DNA from: Camelus dromedarius
Taxonomy: Eukaryota
Assembly (NCBI RefSeq): GCF_036321535.1
Contig: NC_087436.1
Location: 117,182,001 to 117,246,000, forward strand
DNA: 64,000 nt
Direction of reading: 5' to 3'
A program made the translations under genes and the position numbers. The notes below the pieces were generated by a model that searched no databases, was not told the DNA's origin, and was given only the letters and a program-made list of their open reading frames with translations. Positions 61,508-64,000 of the stretch are shown here, one piece after another. Position 1 is the first letter of the stretch; each line of letters opens with the position of its first letter.

Positions 61508-64000
61508 GTAAGTAAATTGAGGGTTATTCTTGAGAACATCACGCGGGGCTGGGGGATGGTAAACAGCGCTGTGGGGACCCCCTGGTAACAAACTGACATG
61601 CCTTTAAGAGAGCATACCCTTTGTCACTCCACAGATGTCTGAATTTGGGGAGTTTATCATGCAGTTTATCACTGACATTTCGCCCATCTAAAGAGTATTC
61701 TTGTCTACATTTTGTTTCCCTGTTGTCTCCCTGTTAATAAATAGCTTCTTTCTTTGAATGACACATTATGATGAGCACTGAGTGGAGAGAGCCATGTCTC
61801 CCTGGGAGTCCAGATCAGAGTCCAGGGGAGCCTAAGTTTAAAACCATTAGCTGACTTTAAACCATGACTGTCCCAAACATGTGGGAGTTTTCAAGGCAAA
61901 GGAAAGGAGAAAGGATACTTTTATAATAAGCAACAGTGTCCAAAAGAAGAGGGGCACAGATCTCATCACTCCTTCTCAACCTCCAATGTATAGAGTAAAC
62001 ATTGGGGGAAAATGAATCATTAGAGATTTCTGAATCTAGCAGAAATTGCAGAGGTTTTGCAATCAGACCGAATGAAATTTGAGTCCTGGCTCTGAAACTT
62101 ACTGTCTTTGTGATGTCACAACACACTCAACCTCTCTGATCTTCGGTTTCCCCCTTTAGGAGCTACTTCTGTCTCTTCAACCTTGACTTTGATGACCTTA
62201 TTTCTACTCTTGCTTACTGATTTACACTGACAAGATTGATGCCAGTGCAACAGGCAGAGGTTTCCAACTGTATTTCTGGCGCATTTTCGAAAGAACACTT
62301 TATTTTGCCCCTTGCTTTTAATGGGGCATTCTAACAAGATGCTTTTAAAAGTGGATGTTATAAAAGTGTTGAGGACTGATGTTCCATCTCCTTCCCCTTC
62401 CACTGGCAGTCTTTTTGTTAGAGAGAAAATATCTTGATATTTCACAATCTGTAAGTTTCCCAGAGTTCTTGTCTCACATTATAGACCCCAACCAATTGTC
62501 ATCATTAATTTTCACATCGATCAGCGGGAGAGCACAGTCAGCCTGGAATGAAAGTGATGGGAAAATTACAGGGTTTGTTTTGGGGTTTTTTTTGGTAAAG
62601 TATTTTGTTGTTATAAGAAATCAGCATGAGCTCATTAGGATAAATTTGTAAAATACAGAAAATAGAAGCAAAGGATCCATCACCTGTGATCATACCACCC
62701 AAGTAAGTTGGGCAAACTCTCCCCTGGTGCTCTCTGTACATAGATGACTGTGCTGACCTTACTCAGTATAATCCTATCTATAGACTAATTTTAATTCTGC
62801 TTTTGTCCACATAAACTTATGTCAGAATGATTTTCCATTTTATTATTTATTGTTTGAGTAAATTTTTAATTGAAGTATAACACATGTACAGAAAAGCAGG
62901 TAGAGCATCATCCCCTCTGAGTTAACACCAGTTGTGAGAGCGTATCATTCTCCAAAAAGAAGCTATGCAGCAATTTCCGTGACCGTTGTCTGTGGGGCAG
63001 GGTTCTTGAGTGTCTCTACTCGGAGCCCAGACGACAGAGCCACACTGCCTGGAATCCCAGATTTATCCCCTTTGAACTGCGTGACCCCAGGAAGTTATTC
63101 AACAGCTCTGTGACTCGATTCCCCTTTTCTGTAATGACACCATCCCTGCCTCATAGGGACGGAGTGAGAATTAAACAAGTGGACACATGGCACGTGATGT
63201 GACTCAGGGAGGGGTAGCTCTTCTTGTTCTGTTTAGGTAGGGTCCCACTATTTGTCTTTTTTAATAAGGCTATGGTGGATATCCTCCAGGAGAGCAGGAC
63301 TTTACAGGGACTCTCGCAGTCTTTCTGCAGTTGCGGAAACCAAGACCAGAAGAAACGACTTACCCGGGATCACACAGCCAACAGGTCAGAACCTGAGGGA
63401 GTGGGTAGCACTCACATCTAGGACCCTATTGCTCCCCAAGACCCTGAGACTTTATGTGGGATCTCACGAATGTGCACATCACTCCTGAAGGTCTGGTTAC
63501 TGCCCCCATTTGAAAGGGGACCGAACAGAGGGAGTGGTGATGCTTGCAACCTCAGTCCCTCTGATTCCAGAAGCCCCTCCTTCTGGTCCCCATGCTCTAG
63601 CTGGCCGATCACCCTCATTAAAAGCTGACAATGTTTGATGAAGTACCTCTTGCAAGGACTAATCCCAGGAAGGAGGTAAATGACTTCACCCTCCTGGGAG
63701 AGAAAGAGGGGACCTTTCTCAAATCAGAACAGGGAGTCACAGCCTCTGGAGAGTCTGCCCGCTGCTCTCCTCAAGTTTGGATCATGACGGGCCATGGTCA
63801 TTTGGATTATGTGCATTTTAGAGGCATGGGCACCCCCGTGTGGGCCCAGAATGGGAATGACAGCTTCATAGTTCTGGTGGTGGATTCATCCATCCACGCA
63901 TTCACCCATGCCAGGCAGCTATGGGGCACCCATATCATGCTCCTGCTGGGAGGTCACTAGTGAAGTTATCGTGATCTAAGGAAAAGGACCCAGAAACAGA

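Noticed and set aside
1..64000. The several hundred short six-frame ORFs (e.g. 14503..15096, 23862..24479, 29700..30230, 49333..50025) as novel genes
   Set aside because: No recognisable domains, many lie in repeats, and their lengths are what chance gives in GC-rich intron. Only the SLC2A9 exon overlaps and L1 ORF2 remnants are meaningful.

Overview
Mammalian genomic DNA, almost certainly from a camelid: it carries two Vic-1-type tRNA-derived SINEs and an artiodactyl-type Tigger. The window lies entirely inside the SLC2A9 (GLUT9, urate transporter) locus on the + strand. Four exons are recognisable, equivalent to human isoform-1 coding exons 5-8 (121-266, 31772-31904, 49675-49861, 61398-61507), separated by repeat-rich introns of about 31.5, 17.8 and 11.5 kb. 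The main observation is that this copy looks inactivated. Exons 7 and 8 each lack one base (187 vs 188 nt; 110 vs 111 nt), and exons 5 and 6 carry radical substitutions (two prolines in a transmembrane helix; PESPR-type motif changed to PKSPH). All splice sites remain canonical. This suggests a candidate unitary loss of GLUT9 in camelids, although assembly indel errors and a decaying duplicate must be excluded. The rest is a layered transposon record: ERV LTR cluster, nested insertions, an inverted L1, MIR/L2/MLT/MER. No other protein-coding gene, RNA gene or CRISPR-like system is supported. Comparisons with human/mouse GLUT9 and repeat-family names are from memory, not from a database search; repeat boundaries are approximate unless termini or TSDs are quoted.
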